From: a bacterium | GTDB taxonomy: Bacteria; Zhuqueibacterota; Zhuqueibacteria; Residuimicrobiales; Krinioviventaceae | NCBI GenBank assembly: GCA_963693055.1 | Contig: OY843751.1 | Coordinates: 6,272,001 to 6,336,000 of the forward strand | Direction of reading: 5' to 3' | DNA length: 64,000 nt | In this document: positions 29,326-39,589 of the stretch, in pieces | How the letters are laid out: every line of letters starts with the position of its first letter | Position numbering within the stretch: the stretch's first letter is position 1 | Program-made: the position numbers and the translations under genes | The notes under the pieces: generated by a model | Seen by the model: only the letters and a program-made list of their open reading frames with translations | Told to the model about the DNA's origin: nothing | Databases searched by the model: none

Positions 29326-30762
29326 ATGACAAAAAAGAGTATGATTTTCGTACTGGTATTGTTGTTGGCGGGGTATACCTTTGCCAAAGTGACCGGTACA
29401 TATAAAATGGAATCCGAGCCTAACCAGGGTCTTGCCGGGAACGGCATTACCGATATAGCACCGGGAGCCAATGCGTTGTGGTTGGGTACCGGATATGGTC
29501 TGAGCCGAACTACAGATAATGGAGAGACCTTTGAATCTTTTGGCCCCGCACAGGGAATTGGACGTTACAGTGTATCTGCATTGTGGGTGAGCGGTGATAC
29601 CATCATTGTTGCCACGGCAGGTGATACGTTGATTGAAAGTCTGGACAGCTATGAAGATTATGGAACGGGTATCTCAATTTCAGTTGATGGTGGTGACAGT
29701 TGGGATCTCTTGCCCCAACCCCCCCAGGATTATACACCGGTAAACAATTTGAGTTATGATATTGCCGTGCATGATGGAAACATATTTTTGGCAAGTTTTG
29801 GCGGAGGCTTGGTTAAGGGATCGAATTTTGGAGAATCTTGGGAGATAACCACTCCGGATTCTTTTGTGTTTAATCCGGGCGGTCGTTTGAACCATCGAGT
29901 GTTTTCTGTTTTGAATGCCAGCGGAGTGTTGTGGGTTGGCACTGCTGAAGGTGTAAACAAGTCTACGGATGGTGGCGAGAATTGGGTTAATTTCAATGCA
30001 ACCAACCAGGACCAGCCAATATCAGGCAACTGGGTCATTGCACTTGCCCAGCAAAAAATAGATGACAAGGAACTCATTTGGGTTTGTTCAAATAAAGCCG
30101 AAGGCTCGGATGAACGTTATGGCGTTTCTGTTACCGAAAACGGCGGCCTGACCTGGAAAACCACATTGCTTGATATCTGGGCAACCAACTTTGCGTTTGA
30201 CGGTGAAACGGTTTATGTGTCTACACGTGAAGGACTATTCAAGTCAACAGACTTTGGTGATACCTGGTACAAATTTCCGGACATTACCGATACAATTACC
30301 GGAGACAAGGTGTTCACGGAACAAATCTATTCCGTCTATGCAGACAATGGTGTCTTGTGGGTAGGTACATCAGATGGCCTGGCCCGCACCAGTGACAATG
30401 GCTATACTTGGGATGTGAATCGTGCGTATGTTCCATCCGGTAAAGGCGATGTACCACGGACATATGCGTACCCTAATCCCTTTTCTCCTACACGTTACAA
30501 TTTGCTTGATAATGACGGTCATGTTCGTTTGCAGTATAATACAAAATCGGCAGGTAATGTTACAATTCGTATTTTTGATTTTGCAATGGATTTGGTGACT
30601 ACAATTGTAGAAAATAAATATGTGGCGGATAAAGGTGACTATAACGAAATGTGGACAGGTCGAAATGATTATGGTGATTCTGTTGCCAATGGTGTCTATT
30701 TTTACAGCGTTGAAATTGAAAACGACGGCACCTATTGGGGAAAGATAATGGTGGTCAACTGA
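29326..30762 (+). CDS. Secreted Asp-box beta-propeller protein with C-terminal T9SS-like (FlgD-Ig) sorting domain
   Basis: Signal peptide; repeated S/T-x-D-x-G-x-T/S-W boxes; C-terminal YAYPNPFSP...WTGRNDYGDSVANGVYFY. Confidence 0.8.
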   Translation: MTKKSMIFVLVLLLAGYTFAKVTGTYKMESEPNQGLAGNGITDIAPGANALWLGTGYGLSRTTDNGETFESFGPAQGIGRYSVSALWVSGDTIIVATAGDTLIESLDSYEDYGTGISISVDGGDSWDLLPQPPQDYTPVNNLSYDIAVHDGNIFLASFGGGLVKGSNFGESWEITTPDSFVFNPGGRLNHRVFSVLNASGVLWVGTAEGVNKSTDGGENWVNFNATNQDQPISGNWVIALAQQKIDDKELIWVCSNKAEGSDERYGVSVTENGGLTWKTTLLDIWATNFAFDGETVYVSTREGLFKSTDFGDTWYKFPDITDTITGDKVFTEQIYSVYADNGVLWVGTSDGLARTSDNGYTWDVNRAYVPSGKGDVPRTYAYPNPFSPTRYNLLDNDGHVRLQYNTKSAGNVTIRIFDFAMDLVTTIVENKYVADKGDYNEMWTGRNDYGDSVANGVYFYSVEIENDGTYWGKIMVVN

Positions 30763-30782
30763 TGAAATTAAAAGAGTTTAAT

Positions 30783-31754
30783 ATGAAGCATACATTAGGG
30801 TTGTTACTGGCTATATTGCTTTTGTCAGGCACTGTTATAGCAGAAAATGGAGATGGTGGGTACGCCGGTGCTTTTTTACGAATGGGTATGGGCGCGCGCG
30901 CCAAAGCCCTGGGTGATGCATATTCCGCGGTTCCCGAAGGTGCAATTGCCGGATTTTATAATCCTGCTTTATTGCCGCATTTAAAAGAGAGACAGTTGAT
31001 TGCCTCTTATGCGTTCTTGTCTCTTGACAGAAGTCTGGATTATGTGGGTTACGCGCAATCTTTGAATCCCCCTTCCGTCAACGGAAGAAAGAATCCGCTA
31101 AAGGCGGGTATTTCTTTTGCATGGGTGCATGCGGGCGTTGATAATATTTATGGAACGGATGGCAGTGGTAATCATACACAAGATTATTCAAATGCAGAAC
31201 ACGCATTCTATCTTTCTTTTGCCGTTAGTCCTCATAAAAAGTTTTCTGTTGGAATAAGCGGCAAGGTGTTGTATAATCGCATGCCGGGACTGGAAATAGA
31301 TGATGGTACCCTGACTTCAACCGGTTTTGGTATGGATGTTGGAGCATATTTTTCACCAATCCATAATTTAACTTTTGGGTTGGTATTGCGTGACAATATG
31401 AGTAAATATACCTGGAACACGGATAATGTTTTTGATCGCGGTACCAGTACAACAAATGTGTTTCCCAAGGTGACCCGGGCAGCAGTAGCATATCGCATTC
31501 CTCAGGAATGGTTGATGGTTACTGCCGAAGTGGAAGACAGTAAAGAGCAAAATCCCCGGTACCATTTTGGTGCTGAATTGATGCGGGCCGGTATGGGAGC
31601 GCTTCGTGTTGGTTTAGACGATGGTATGCCAACTTTTGGAATGGGACTTGTATTTCAGGTGTTTAATAAAACAACCATGATCGATTACGCTTTTGCATCA
31701 AACGATTATGATATTGGTACGGACCATATATTTACATGGTCATTCAATCTATAA
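30783..31754 (+). CDS. PorV/PorQ-family outer-membrane beta-barrel
   Basis: AFLRMGMGARAKALGDAY..FYNPA; amphipathic strands; C-terminal DYAF...FTWSFNL. Confidence 0.8.
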   Translation: MKHTLGLLLAILLLSGTVIAENGDGGYAGAFLRMGMGARAKALGDAYSAVPEGAIAGFYNPALLPHLKERQLIASYAFLSLDRSLDYVGYAQSLNPPSVNGRKNPLKAGISFAWVHAGVDNIYGTDGSGNHTQDYSNAEHAFYLSFAVSPHKKFSVGISGKVLYNRMPGLEIDDGTLTSTGFGMDVGAYFSPIHNLTFGLVLRDNMSKYTWNTDNVFDRGTSTTNVFPKVTRAAVAYRIPQEWLMVTAEVEDSKEQNPRYHFGAELMRAGMGALRVGLDDGMPTFGMGLVFQVFNKTTMIDYAFASNDYDIGTDHIFTWSFNL

Positions 31755-31770
31755 AATGTGGATGATGGTA

Positions 31771-32664
31771 ATGAAAAGGATAGTTTTACTTTTTGTGATA
31801 TTGCTTCCGGCTGTAATGTTTGCTGCCGGTGAAACCGGATTAGCTGCTTTAAAAATTGGAATTAGTGCTCGTGCAAGCGGAATGGGTGAAGCATTTACCG
31901 CAACTGCAGATGATGCTTCCGGATTGTTTTGGAATCCAGCAGGTACTGCCTGGGTAACCAAACGACAAGCAAGTTTTACCTATAACCAATGGTTGCAGGA
32001 TATTTCTCACAACTCGGCTGGCATTGTTTTTCCTTCCTCTAAAGGAGTTATTGGTTTGGGCATTATGCTAAACAGTGTTGATGATTTTGAACGCCGTATC
32101 ATTGCTTCTGAAGAACCTTTGGGAACATTTTCAATTCAGGATGTTTCCTTTTCTCTCAGTTATGCCAAGATGATGGGAAGCAAGCTGTCATTGGGTGTTC
32201 GGACCGCCTTTTTATATGAAAAAATTTACACGGAATCTTCAAGTGGTTTTGCTTTTGATCTGGGTGCCAGATACAGTCTAATTTCAGATAAATTGTTTGC
32301 TGCTGCGGCTTTGCAGAATTTGGGTTCTATGTCTGAGATGGTTATTGAATCTGTGGAACTGCCAAAGGTATTGCGGGCAGGTTTAGCTTATCATTTTCCC
32401 ATGTTTCCCGGATCTCAGGCTTTGATTGCTGCTTTAGATTATGTTCAATATCTTGAAGGAGACAGTCATATTCATGCAGGTTTGGAGTATAATCCGGTAT
32501 CTGTTATTACATTACGTACCGGTTTTCAAACCGGCTATGAAGAAAAATCTATATCTGCAGGATTTGGATTGGATTTTGGTTTTATTGTTATCGATTACGC
32601 TTATGTCCCTTATGAAAACGACCTCGGAAACGCTCAACGGTTCTCACTTGCAGCCCGTTTTTAA
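31771..32664 (+). CDS. PorV/PorQ-family outer-membrane beta-barrel (second paralogue)
   Basis: LKIGISARASGMGEAF..FWNPAG; IDYAY..LGNAQRFSL..RF. Confidence 0.85.
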   Translation: MKRIVLLFVILLPAVMFAAGETGLAALKIGISARASGMGEAFTATADDASGLFWNPAGTAWVTKRQASFTYNQWLQDISHNSAGIVFPSSKGVIGLGIMLNSVDDFERRIIASEEPLGTFSIQDVSFSLSYAKMMGSKLSLGVRTAFLYEKIYTESSSGFAFDLGARYSLISDKLFAAAALQNLGSMSEMVIESVELPKVLRAGLAYHFPMFPGSQALIAALDYVQYLEGDSHIHAGLEYNPVSVITLRTGFQTGYEEKSISAGFGLDFGFIVIDYAYVPYENDLGNAQRFSLAARF

Positions 32665-32696
32665 CAAAATTCTTTAAAAATTGTGCAAAAAATTCT

Positions 32697-32737
32697 TTTT
32701 CCCCTAAATTCTGTGGCATTAGGGGAAATTTTTTTTT
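32697..32737 (+). terminator. Intrinsic terminator after the PorV operon
   Basis: TTTCCCCTAA...TTAGGGGAAA followed by a T run. Confidence 0.65.
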
Positions 32738-32806
32738 ACATTTAAGATTAAGTTAATCTTTGCTCTAGAATTTAGAAAAGTATGGTATTATTATAAAGGA
32801 TGCAGA

Positions 32807-34960
32807 ATGTCGATGAAAAAATTAAATGTCGCTTTTGGGATCCACAATCACCAACCAATTGGTAATTTTGATTTTGTTTTCGAGCAGGCATATGATCAAT
32901 CATATAGCCCTTTCTTTGAAGTGTTAGAAAAACACCCCAATGTACGTATGACCAAACACTATAGCGGAATATTGCTAGAGTGGTTAAAACAACATCATCC
33001 GGAATTGATTGACAAGCTGAAAAAAGGAGTTAAATCTGGTCAGATTGAAATGATGTCCGGTGGATATTATGAACCCATTTTAACCAGTATTCCGGAGCGG
33101 GATATTGTTGGTCAAATTGACAAATTGACAAAATATGTAAAAAAAGAAACCGGTTATGATCCCAAGGGGATCTGGTTAACCGAACGGGTTTGGGAACCGT
33201 ATTTACCGGCGTCTCTGGCGCAAGCGGGAATACAATACACATTGACCGATGATTCGCATTTTAAATCTGTTGGTTTGCAGGATGATCAGTTGTTAGGGTA
33301 TTATGTGACTGAACATCAAGGTCAACCATTGAAAATATTTCCCATTTGCGAAAAACTTCGCTATACCATCCCTTTTCAGCCTCCCGAGAAAACCATTGAA
33401 GTATTTGAATCACTTGCGACAGAAGATGGTGAGCGCCTGGTTGTGTTTGCGGATGATGGTGAAAAGTTTGGTGTTTGGCCGGGCACATATGAACAATGTT
33501 ATGTAAATGGATGGTTGGACCGGTTTTTCACCCTTTTGGAAGAAAATCAGGACTGGTTGAATATTATTACATTTTCTGAGGCCCTGGAGCAGTTGAAACC
33601 TTTGGGTCGTGTATATTTGCCTACCGCATCGTATCGTGAAATGATGGAATGGGCCATGCCCACCCAGGCTATTACAAAATATGAGCATTTCCATGAATGG
33701 CTGGAAAGCCAGTCTGTTTCTAAAGAAGATATGAACTTTGTTAAAGGCGGTTTTTGGCGTAATTTTCTTGCCAAGTACCCCGAATCGAATAACCTGCAAA
33801 AACGCATGCTGTTAACAAGCAACCGTTTTGATCGTTTAAAAGAAGAAAAGTCCATTGAAAAGGCCCGTGACCATATTTACGCAGGCCAGTGTAATTGTCC
33901 CTATTGGCATGGTGTGTTTGGCGGACTCTATTTACCACATTTGCGTTATGCAATTTATAACAACCTGGTTCAGGCTGATGTAGAAATGGACATGATTGAA
34001 CACAAAGATGAGCTCAAAACCGGTTGGGTAGATGTAAAAATGCAGGATTTTGATGCGGATGGATTCGATGAATGCCTGGTAGAAACCGACCGTCTTTTTC
34101 TGAATTTTTCTCCTGAAAACGGTGCCGGTCTTACAGAATTGGATTTTAAACCCAAGGCCCTCAACCTCCTCGATACCATGACACGACGAGAGGAAGCCTA
34201 TCATAAAAAATTATATGAACTGGAGAATAATCAAAGCGGTTATGATGGCGATAGCGTGGCTTCCATACATGATATTGTCATGACCAAGGAAGAAGGTCTT
34301 GATCAGTACCTGAATTATGACTGGTACAGACGGGTTTCCATGCTGGACCATTTTCTTCATCCACAGGTAACGCTGGAGAGTTTTAATAAAGCCCAGTACG
34401 GAGAACAGGGTGATTTTGTAAATCAACCCTATGAAGTCAAAGTCTCAAAGCAAAAAGATAGTGCGAAAATTACGTTTTTACGAGACGGGAATGTGTGGAT
34501 AGGATGGGACTTTTTGCCGCTGCAGGTTAAAAAAGTGGTAACGGTTAAAGCCAAGAGCGATCTGGTTGATATGGCATATACTCTGAAAAATACCAGTGAT
34601 AAATCGATTTCTCTATGGTTCGGTGTTGAATTTGCAACAGCATTAATGGCCGGAAACGCGCCAGACCGGTATTACAAAGTACCTGGTGTTGAACTGGATG
34701 ATGCTAAATTGGCAAGCAAGGGAGTCATTGAGAATATCAACGAGATATCTCTTTATGATGAATGGTTAAAGGTAAGGGCGTCTTTTGAGGTGAGTAAAAA
34801 AGCGGATTTTTGGAGATTGCCCATAGAAACGATTTCCATGTCTGAAGCCGGCTTTGAAAGAGTGTATCAGGCTTCGGTAATAATGCCAAATTGGAAAATT
34901 AATCTGGAACCCGGCGAGCAATGGAAAGTAAATATAAAAGAGACTATTACCAGTCTTTAA
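32807..34960 (+). CDS. GH57 alpha-amylase/4-alpha-glucanotransferase
   Basis: HNHQP, GGYYEP, WLTERVW, DDGEKFG, QCNCPYWHGVFGG. Confidence 0.92.
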   Translation: MSMKKLNVAFGIHNHQPIGNFDFVFEQAYDQSYSPFFEVLEKHPNVRMTKHYSGILLEWLKQHHPELIDKLKKGVKSGQIEMMSGGYYEPILTSIPERDIVGQIDKLTKYVKKETGYDPKGIWLTERVWEPYLPASLAQAGIQYTLTDDSHFKSVGLQDDQLLGYYVTEHQGQPLKIFPICEKLRYTIPFQPPEKTIEVFESLATEDGERLVVFADDGEKFGVWPGTYEQCYVNGWLDRFFTLLEENQDWLNIITFSEALEQLKPLGRVYLPTASYREMMEWAMPTQAITKYEHFHEWLESQSVSKEDMNFVKGGFWRNFLAKYPESNNLQKRMLLTSNRFDRLKEEKSIEKARDHIYAGQCNCPYWHGVFGGLYLPHLRYAIYNNLVQADVEMDMIEHKDELKTGWVDVKMQDFDADGFDECLVETDRLFLNFSPENGAGLTELDFKPKALNLLDTMTRREEAYHKKLYELENNQSGYDGDSVASIHDIVMTKEEGLDQYLNYDWYRRVSMLDHFLHPQVTLESFNKAQYGEQGDFVNQPYEVKVSKQKDSAKITFLRDGNVWIGWDFLPLQVKKVVTVKAKSDLVDMAYTLKNTSDKSISLWFGVEFATALMAGNAPDRYYKVPGVELDDAKLASKGVIENINEISLYDEWLKVRASFEVSKKADFWRLPIETISMSEAGFERVYQASVIMPNWKINLEPGEQWKVNIKETITSL

Positions 34961-34996
34961 TGTGATAAAGAGGTTTGTTTAATAAAGGACGATAAT

Positions 34997-36598
34997 ATGG
35001 TAAAAGGGAAAAATATGAAACGATCACTCTGGACTGTTCTGGCAATTGCATTAGCAATTGTTGTATTGAATCAGTTTGGAAATCGTGATGTGTATCCATC
35101 TGATGGTATACGTGATCAGCTAGTCCGGTTTAATGAGGTTTTTGCATATATCAATCAATTTTATGTTGAAAAGCCAGACAATGAGGAGATTATTACCGGT
35201 GCAATAGAAGGCATGTTGAGTGAGCTGGATCCTCATTCTGTATATATTCCTAAAAAACGACTTGAGCGTGTTAATGAACAGTTTGAAGGCGCTTTTGAAG
35301 GTATTGGTATTGAATTTGTGATTTTAAATAAAGTATTGACTGTGGTTGCACCTATCGTTGGCGGTCCCTCTGAAGAAGTGGGGATTTTGCCAGGTGATCA
35401 GATCATCAAGATTGAAGAAAAGTCTGCATATGGTATAACAGAAGATGAGGTGCAGAAAAAGTTGCGCGGACCCAAGGGCAGTAAGGTAAATGTAACCATA
35501 CGCCGACCGGGCCAGTCAGAAAACTTTGATGTTACAATCATTCGCGATAAAATTCCAATATACAGTGTAACCGCCTCGTTTATGCTGGAAGACAACGAGA
35601 CAGGATACATTTATTTGGGACGTTTTGCGAAAACCACTTCGCAGGAGCTTGAAGATGCAATGAACAAGCTTGAAAAGCAGGGTATGAAACAATTGATTCT
35701 AGACCTTCGAGGAAACTCGGGTGGTTTTCTGGATCAGGCTTTTGAAGTTGCTGACAAGTTTGTTCCCGGCGGGCAAAAGATTGTATATACCCGTGGGCGC
35801 CTGAAAAACACCGGTTCAGACTTTTACTCTACCGATGAAGGCACTCACCGTCTGTATCCGTTGATTGTAATGATTGATCATGGATCCGCAAGTGCATCTG
35901 AAATTGTGGCAGGCGCTATTCAGGACCTTGATCGGGGTCTAGTGGTTGGAGAAACCAGTTTTGGTAAAGGACTTGTGCAAAACCAGATTCCTTTACGTGA
36001 TGGTTCTGCGTTACGTTTGACTGTGGCGCGTTATTATACCCCTAGTGGCAGACTGATTCAGCGTCCATATGATGACGGCGTTATGGATTATTATGCGGAT
36101 GCTTATGATGATTCAAGCAGTGCCAGCAAGATTGATTCAACAAAGCAATTCAAGACCTTGTCCGGTCGTGTTGTTTATGGTGGCGGTGGAATTACTCCCG
36201 ATGAGCATCTGGATTCTGACAAAATTACCCGTTTCACTTTTCAATTAAGAAGCAAACGCGTCTTTTTTGAATACGGATCTTCACATGGCCAGGATTTTAA
36301 AAACTGGAAAAACGATTTTGAGAAATATCGTCAAGATTTTGTTATAAATGATGATATGTTGACTGACTTGAAAGCGATAATGGAAAAGCATGAGATAGAA
36401 TATAATGAAAAAGCCTGGGAAAAGGATTTAGATTATATCAAGAATTTCATGAAAGCCGAAGTTGCAAGAAATCTTTGGGACAGTGAGCACTTTTACAGAA
36501 TTAGAATAAAATCTGATAACGAAGTATCGCAAACTGTAGGGCTTTTTCCAAAGGCGACAGAAATTGCAATGTTGAATAACTGGGTTGAAAAGCTCTGA
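34997..36598 (+). CDS. S41 carboxyl-terminal processing protease (CtpA/Prc-like)
   Basis: LDPHS, PDZ GIGI, DLRGNSGG, SASASEIVAGA, FGKGLVQ, YYTPSG. Confidence 0.94.
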   Translation: MVKGKNMKRSLWTVLAIALAIVVLNQFGNRDVYPSDGIRDQLVRFNEVFAYINQFYVEKPDNEEIITGAIEGMLSELDPHSVYIPKKRLERVNEQFEGAFEGIGIEFVILNKVLTVVAPIVGGPSEEVGILPGDQIIKIEEKSAYGITEDEVQKKLRGPKGSKVNVTIRRPGQSENFDVTIIRDKIPIYSVTASFMLEDNETGYIYLGRFAKTTSQELEDAMNKLEKQGMKQLILDLRGNSGGFLDQAFEVADKFVPGGQKIVYTRGRLKNTGSDFYSTDEGTHRLYPLIVMIDHGSASASEIVAGAIQDLDRGLVVGETSFGKGLVQNQIPLRDGSALRLTVARYYTPSGRLIQRPYDDGVMDYYADAYDDSSSASKIDSTKQFKTLSGRVVYGGGGITPDEHLDSDKITRFTFQLRSKRVFFEYGSSHGQDFKNWKNDFEKYRQDFVINDDMLTDLKAIMEKHEIEYNEKAWEKDLDYIKNFMKAEVARNLWDSEHFYRIRIKSDNEVSQTVGLFPKATEIAMLNNWVEKL

Positions 36599-36624
36599 GC
36601 TATCAAACCGGTTCAAAAAATATA

Positions 36625-36653
36625 TTGACTTTTAAAGCAAAATATGCTAAGTT
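36625..36653 (+). promoter_or_regulatory. Sigma70-type promoter of the exbB operon
   Basis: TTGACT-N17-TAAGTT with extended -10 TG; GGAGG RBS downstream. Confidence 0.5.
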
Positions 36654-36714
36654 AAAAAATGAGTTTATTGGAAATAATTCACATTAATTAAAATTGTTTG
36701 GAGGAGTCTGAATA

Positions 36715-37332
36715 ATGGTAGAAATGTTTATTGATGGCGGTGCCTTTATGTGGCCCATTTTAGGTCTTTTCGTTTTTGGTTTAGCAATCAGTTTGGAAAG
36801 ACTGTGGACCTTGACACGCGCAAGTGTTAACACAAGAAAATTTATTGCAAAAATTAAAGAGGCGTTGAGTGAAGGTGGCGTTCAAGGCGCAATCGAAGTT
36901 TGTGAAAATACACGCGGTCCTGTTGCATCTATTTTTCATGCAGGTTTGATGCGTTCAAGCCGTGGTTTGGAACATGTAGAAAAAGCAATTTCAAATGCCG
37001 GATCTATTGAAATGGCTTTTCTTGAAAAAGGTTTGGTATGGTTGGCAACTGTAATTAGTGTTGCACCGATGTTGGGATTTACCGGTACTGTACAAGGTAT
37101 GATTAAAGCTTTTGAAGATATTGCTGCTGCAAATGATATTTCACCCACCATCGTTGCCGGTGGTATTGGTGTTGCGTTGTTAACAACCCTTTTTGGTTTG
37201 GTTGTGGCTGTTACTATTCAAATTCTTCACAACTATTTTGTTTCAAGAATTGACAAGTTGATCATTGATATGGAAGAAAGTTCCAATGAACTTGTTGACA
37301 CCTTGATTGCCCTTGAAGAAAAAGGAAACTAA
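36715..37332 (+). CDS. exbB: MotA/TolQ/ExbB proton channel protein
   Basis: APMLGFTGTVQGMI, ALLTTLFGL. Confidence 0.9.
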   Translation: MVEMFIDGGAFMWPILGLFVFGLAISLERLWTLTRASVNTRKFIAKIKEALSEGGVQGAIEVCENTRGPVASIFHAGLMRSSRGLEHVEKAISNAGSIEMAFLEKGLVWLATVISVAPMLGFTGTVQGMIKAFEDIAAANDISPTIVAGGIGVALLTTLFGLVVAVTIQILHNYFVSRIDKLIIDMEESSNELVDTLIALEEKGN

Positions 37333-37362
37333 TTTAACCCGGCAATGTAGAGGTATATTCTT

Positions 37363-37761
37363 ATGTTAAAAAAGAAAGAAAAAGAGTCACCCGAAATTAA
37401 TTCCGGCTCAATGGCAGATATCGTATTTTTGCTGCTCATATTTTTTCTGGTAACAACAACAATTGATACTGATAAAGGTATTACTCTGGTACTGCCTCCA
37501 AAAGGTTCAGATACCAAAGAAGTGCATAAAGATAACCTTGCCAACATCCTGATCAATGCTTCCGGTGAGGTAATGCTTGATGAAGAACGTATAGCAATTC
37601 CTGAAATTTCTTCACGTGCACGTGAAATGATCCAGAAAAATGACAAGATTGCTTTTTCAGTAAAAACACTGAAACAAACAAAATACGAAGCCTATATCGA
37701 CGTTATTGATCAACTGAAACGCGCCGGAGCGATCCGTATTTCAATTGCGGAACCTGATTGA
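37363..37761 (+). CDS. exbD: ExbD/TolR family protein (copy 1a)
   Basis: SMADIVFLLLIFFLV. Confidence 0.9.
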   Translation: MLKKKEKESPEINSGSMADIVFLLLIFFLVTTTIDTDKGITLVLPPKGSDTKEVHKDNLANILINASGEVMLDEERIAIPEISSRAREMIQKNDKIAFSVKTLKQTKYEAYIDVIDQLKRAGAIRISIAEPD

Positions 37762-37809
37762 TTTTTGGGCGTTAAAAATATGTAATTATATAAAACTGGA
37801 GCAAATGCT

Positions 37810-38232
37810 TTGGACTTTAAGAAAAAATCAAAAGCAGGTAGCGGCATTTCTACGGCTTCCATGCCTGATATCATTTTTATGTTGCTGATTTTCTTCATGG
37901 TTTGTACTGTGATCAAATCATCACAAGGTTTAAAAGTGATATTACCGGATGCAAAGAAAATTGAAAAATTACCGGGTAAACGTGGTGTTGGCGTTATTTG
38001 GGCTGACCGTGCCGGCAATTTAACAATAGATGATAAATTTTTAAACCCCACAGATATTCGTAGTATCGTTTATCAAAAGGCTATTGACCCAACAAGCCCG
38101 TTAAAGATTGTATCTTTAAAGATTGACAGTCAGGTTGAGATGGAACGCGTAACCCAGATACACGAAGAGTTGCGGGAAGTTGGTGAAGCAGCATTGAATG
38201 TCAACTATTCTGCAAAAACTGCAGCAGATTGA
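37810..38232 (+). CDS. exbD: ExbD/TolR family protein (copy 1b)
   Basis: SMPDIIFMLLIFFMV; TTG start after GGAG. Confidence 0.9.
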   Translation: MDFKKKSKAGSGISTASMPDIIFMLLIFFMVCTVIKSSQGLKVILPDAKKIEKLPGKRGVGVIWADRAGNLTIDDKFLNPTDIRSIVYQKAIDPTSPLKIVSLKIDSQVEMERVTQIHEELREVGEAALNVNYSAKTAAD

Positions 38233-38243
38233 GGTGATTTTAT

Positions 38244-38894
38244 ATGAACTTGAGAAAAAAACCAGAAGTCAGCCTGCGCTTTAAATATAAAAAAAATATT
38301 GAGCTGGGCATGGTTTTAACCCTGGCATTACTGGTTTTAGGGTTCCAGGGTTGGAAAAAATTTGAAAAAGGAGAGGTCGAGCAACAGGTTGTGGATTTGA
38401 CCATCAAGGTTGAGGAAATTCCACAAACTGAGCAAACAAAACGTCCTCCCGCACCTTCACGGCCTGCAATTCCTGTAGAAAGTGAAGATGAAGACATTGA
38501 TGTTGATGAAACCATCGAATCAACCGAGATCAATCTCGATGAATTACCACCACCACCACCACCACCAGAAGAAGATATTGATGATTCTGCAGAAATCTTT
38601 GTGGCTTATGATGAACCTCCACAGCCAATTGGTGGATTTGCAGCTATCCAGAAAAATTTGGTTTACCCTGAAATTGCGCGTAAAGCAGGTGTTGAAGGTC
38701 GTGTTGTAATCAACTGTTTGATTGATGAAAAAGGTAGCGTAGTTAATACCAAAGTACTCATGTCTTTGGGAAATAATGGTTGTGATGAAGCTGCTATTGC
38801 TGCTATCAAAAAAGCAAAATGGAAACCGGCAAAGCAACGTGATAAACCGGTTAAAGTTTGGATTGGTATCCCGGTTGTATTCCGGTTGAAATAA
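38244..38894 (+). CDS. tonB: TonB family energy transducer (copy 1)
   Basis: N-terminal TM, poly-Pro linker, YPEIARKAGVEGRV. Confidence 0.92.
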   Translation: MNLRKKPEVSLRFKYKKNIELGMVLTLALLVLGFQGWKKFEKGEVEQQVVDLTIKVEEIPQTEQTKRPPAPSRPAIPVESEDEDIDVDETIESTEINLDELPPPPPPPEEDIDDSAEIFVAYDEPPQPIGGFAAIQKNLVYPEIARKAGVEGRVVINCLIDEKGSVVNTKVLMSLGNNGCDEAAIAAIKKAKWKPAKQRDKPVKVWIGIPVVFRLK

Positions 38895-38915
38895 TCCAAC
38901 AATATATTTGATATC

Positions 38916-38953
38916 AAGGGCGAATGAGATTTTCTTGTTCGCCCTTTTTTTTT
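38916..38953 (+). terminator. Intrinsic terminator after tonB copy 1
   Basis: AAGGGCGAA...TTCGCCCTT plus a T run. Confidence 0.75.
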
Positions 38954-38994
38954 ATTCCTTACCATATAAAATTTCTCTCTTGAATAAATTACCG

Positions 38995-39020
38995 GGAACC
39001 GTAGCCTCTTTGATGCAGTT
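38995..39020 (+). promoter_or_regulatory. Candidate ECF-sigma promoter for the second exbD-exbD-tonB cassette
   Basis: GGAAC-N18-GTT, matching the SigR/SigH-type ECF consensus; short motif only. Confidence 0.25.
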
Positions 39021-39145
39021 AAACTTGTAGAAAGAGGGACCCTCACTAATCATAACATTTTTGATTGTCCGATTAATGGACGGATAAAATCGGGCAAATT
39101 AAAAAAAACCGTAAATGAATACAATTTCACCGGCAACGAGGAGGT

Positions 39146-39550
39146 ATGCTCATGCTGATCAAGAATGATAAAGGTACACCTGAAATCAATTCCGGATCTA
39201 TGGCAGATATTGTTTTCCTTTTGCTCATCTTTTTTCTGGTAACAACAACAATTGATACCGATAAAGGTATTTCTCTTGTTCTGCCAGCCGAGAATAGTGA
39301 AATCGTGAAAATGATTGACAAAAATCTGGTGACTATTTTAATCAATGAAGCAGGTGATGTTATGTTTGAGCGAGAAGCGATAACGATTCCCGAGATTGGA
39401 ACCAAAGCCCGTGAATTGATCCAAAATAACGACAAGCTGGCGTTTTCTGTAAAGACGTTAAAACAAACACGCTATGATGCTTATATCCATGTATTAGACC
39501 AGCTCAAGCGTGCCGGCGCCAAACGTATTTCAATAGCTGAACCAGATTAA
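39146..39550 (+). CDS. exbD: ExbD/TolR family protein (copy 2a)
   Basis: Near-duplicate of 37363-37761. Confidence 0.9.
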   Translation: MLMLIKNDKGTPEINSGSMADIVFLLLIFFLVTTTIDTDKGISLVLPAENSEIVKMIDKNLVTILINEAGDVMFEREAITIPEIGTKARELIQNNDKLAFSVKTLKQTRYDAYIHVLDQLKRAGAKRISIAEPD

Positions 39551-39589
39551 ATTGTATGCACCAAGGTATAATCAGAACAGGAGGAAATC

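Noticed and set aside
38547-38567. (CCA)7 microsatellite
   Set aside because: It encodes the normal poly-proline linker of TonB and is an in-frame triplet, so it is not evidence of phase variation.
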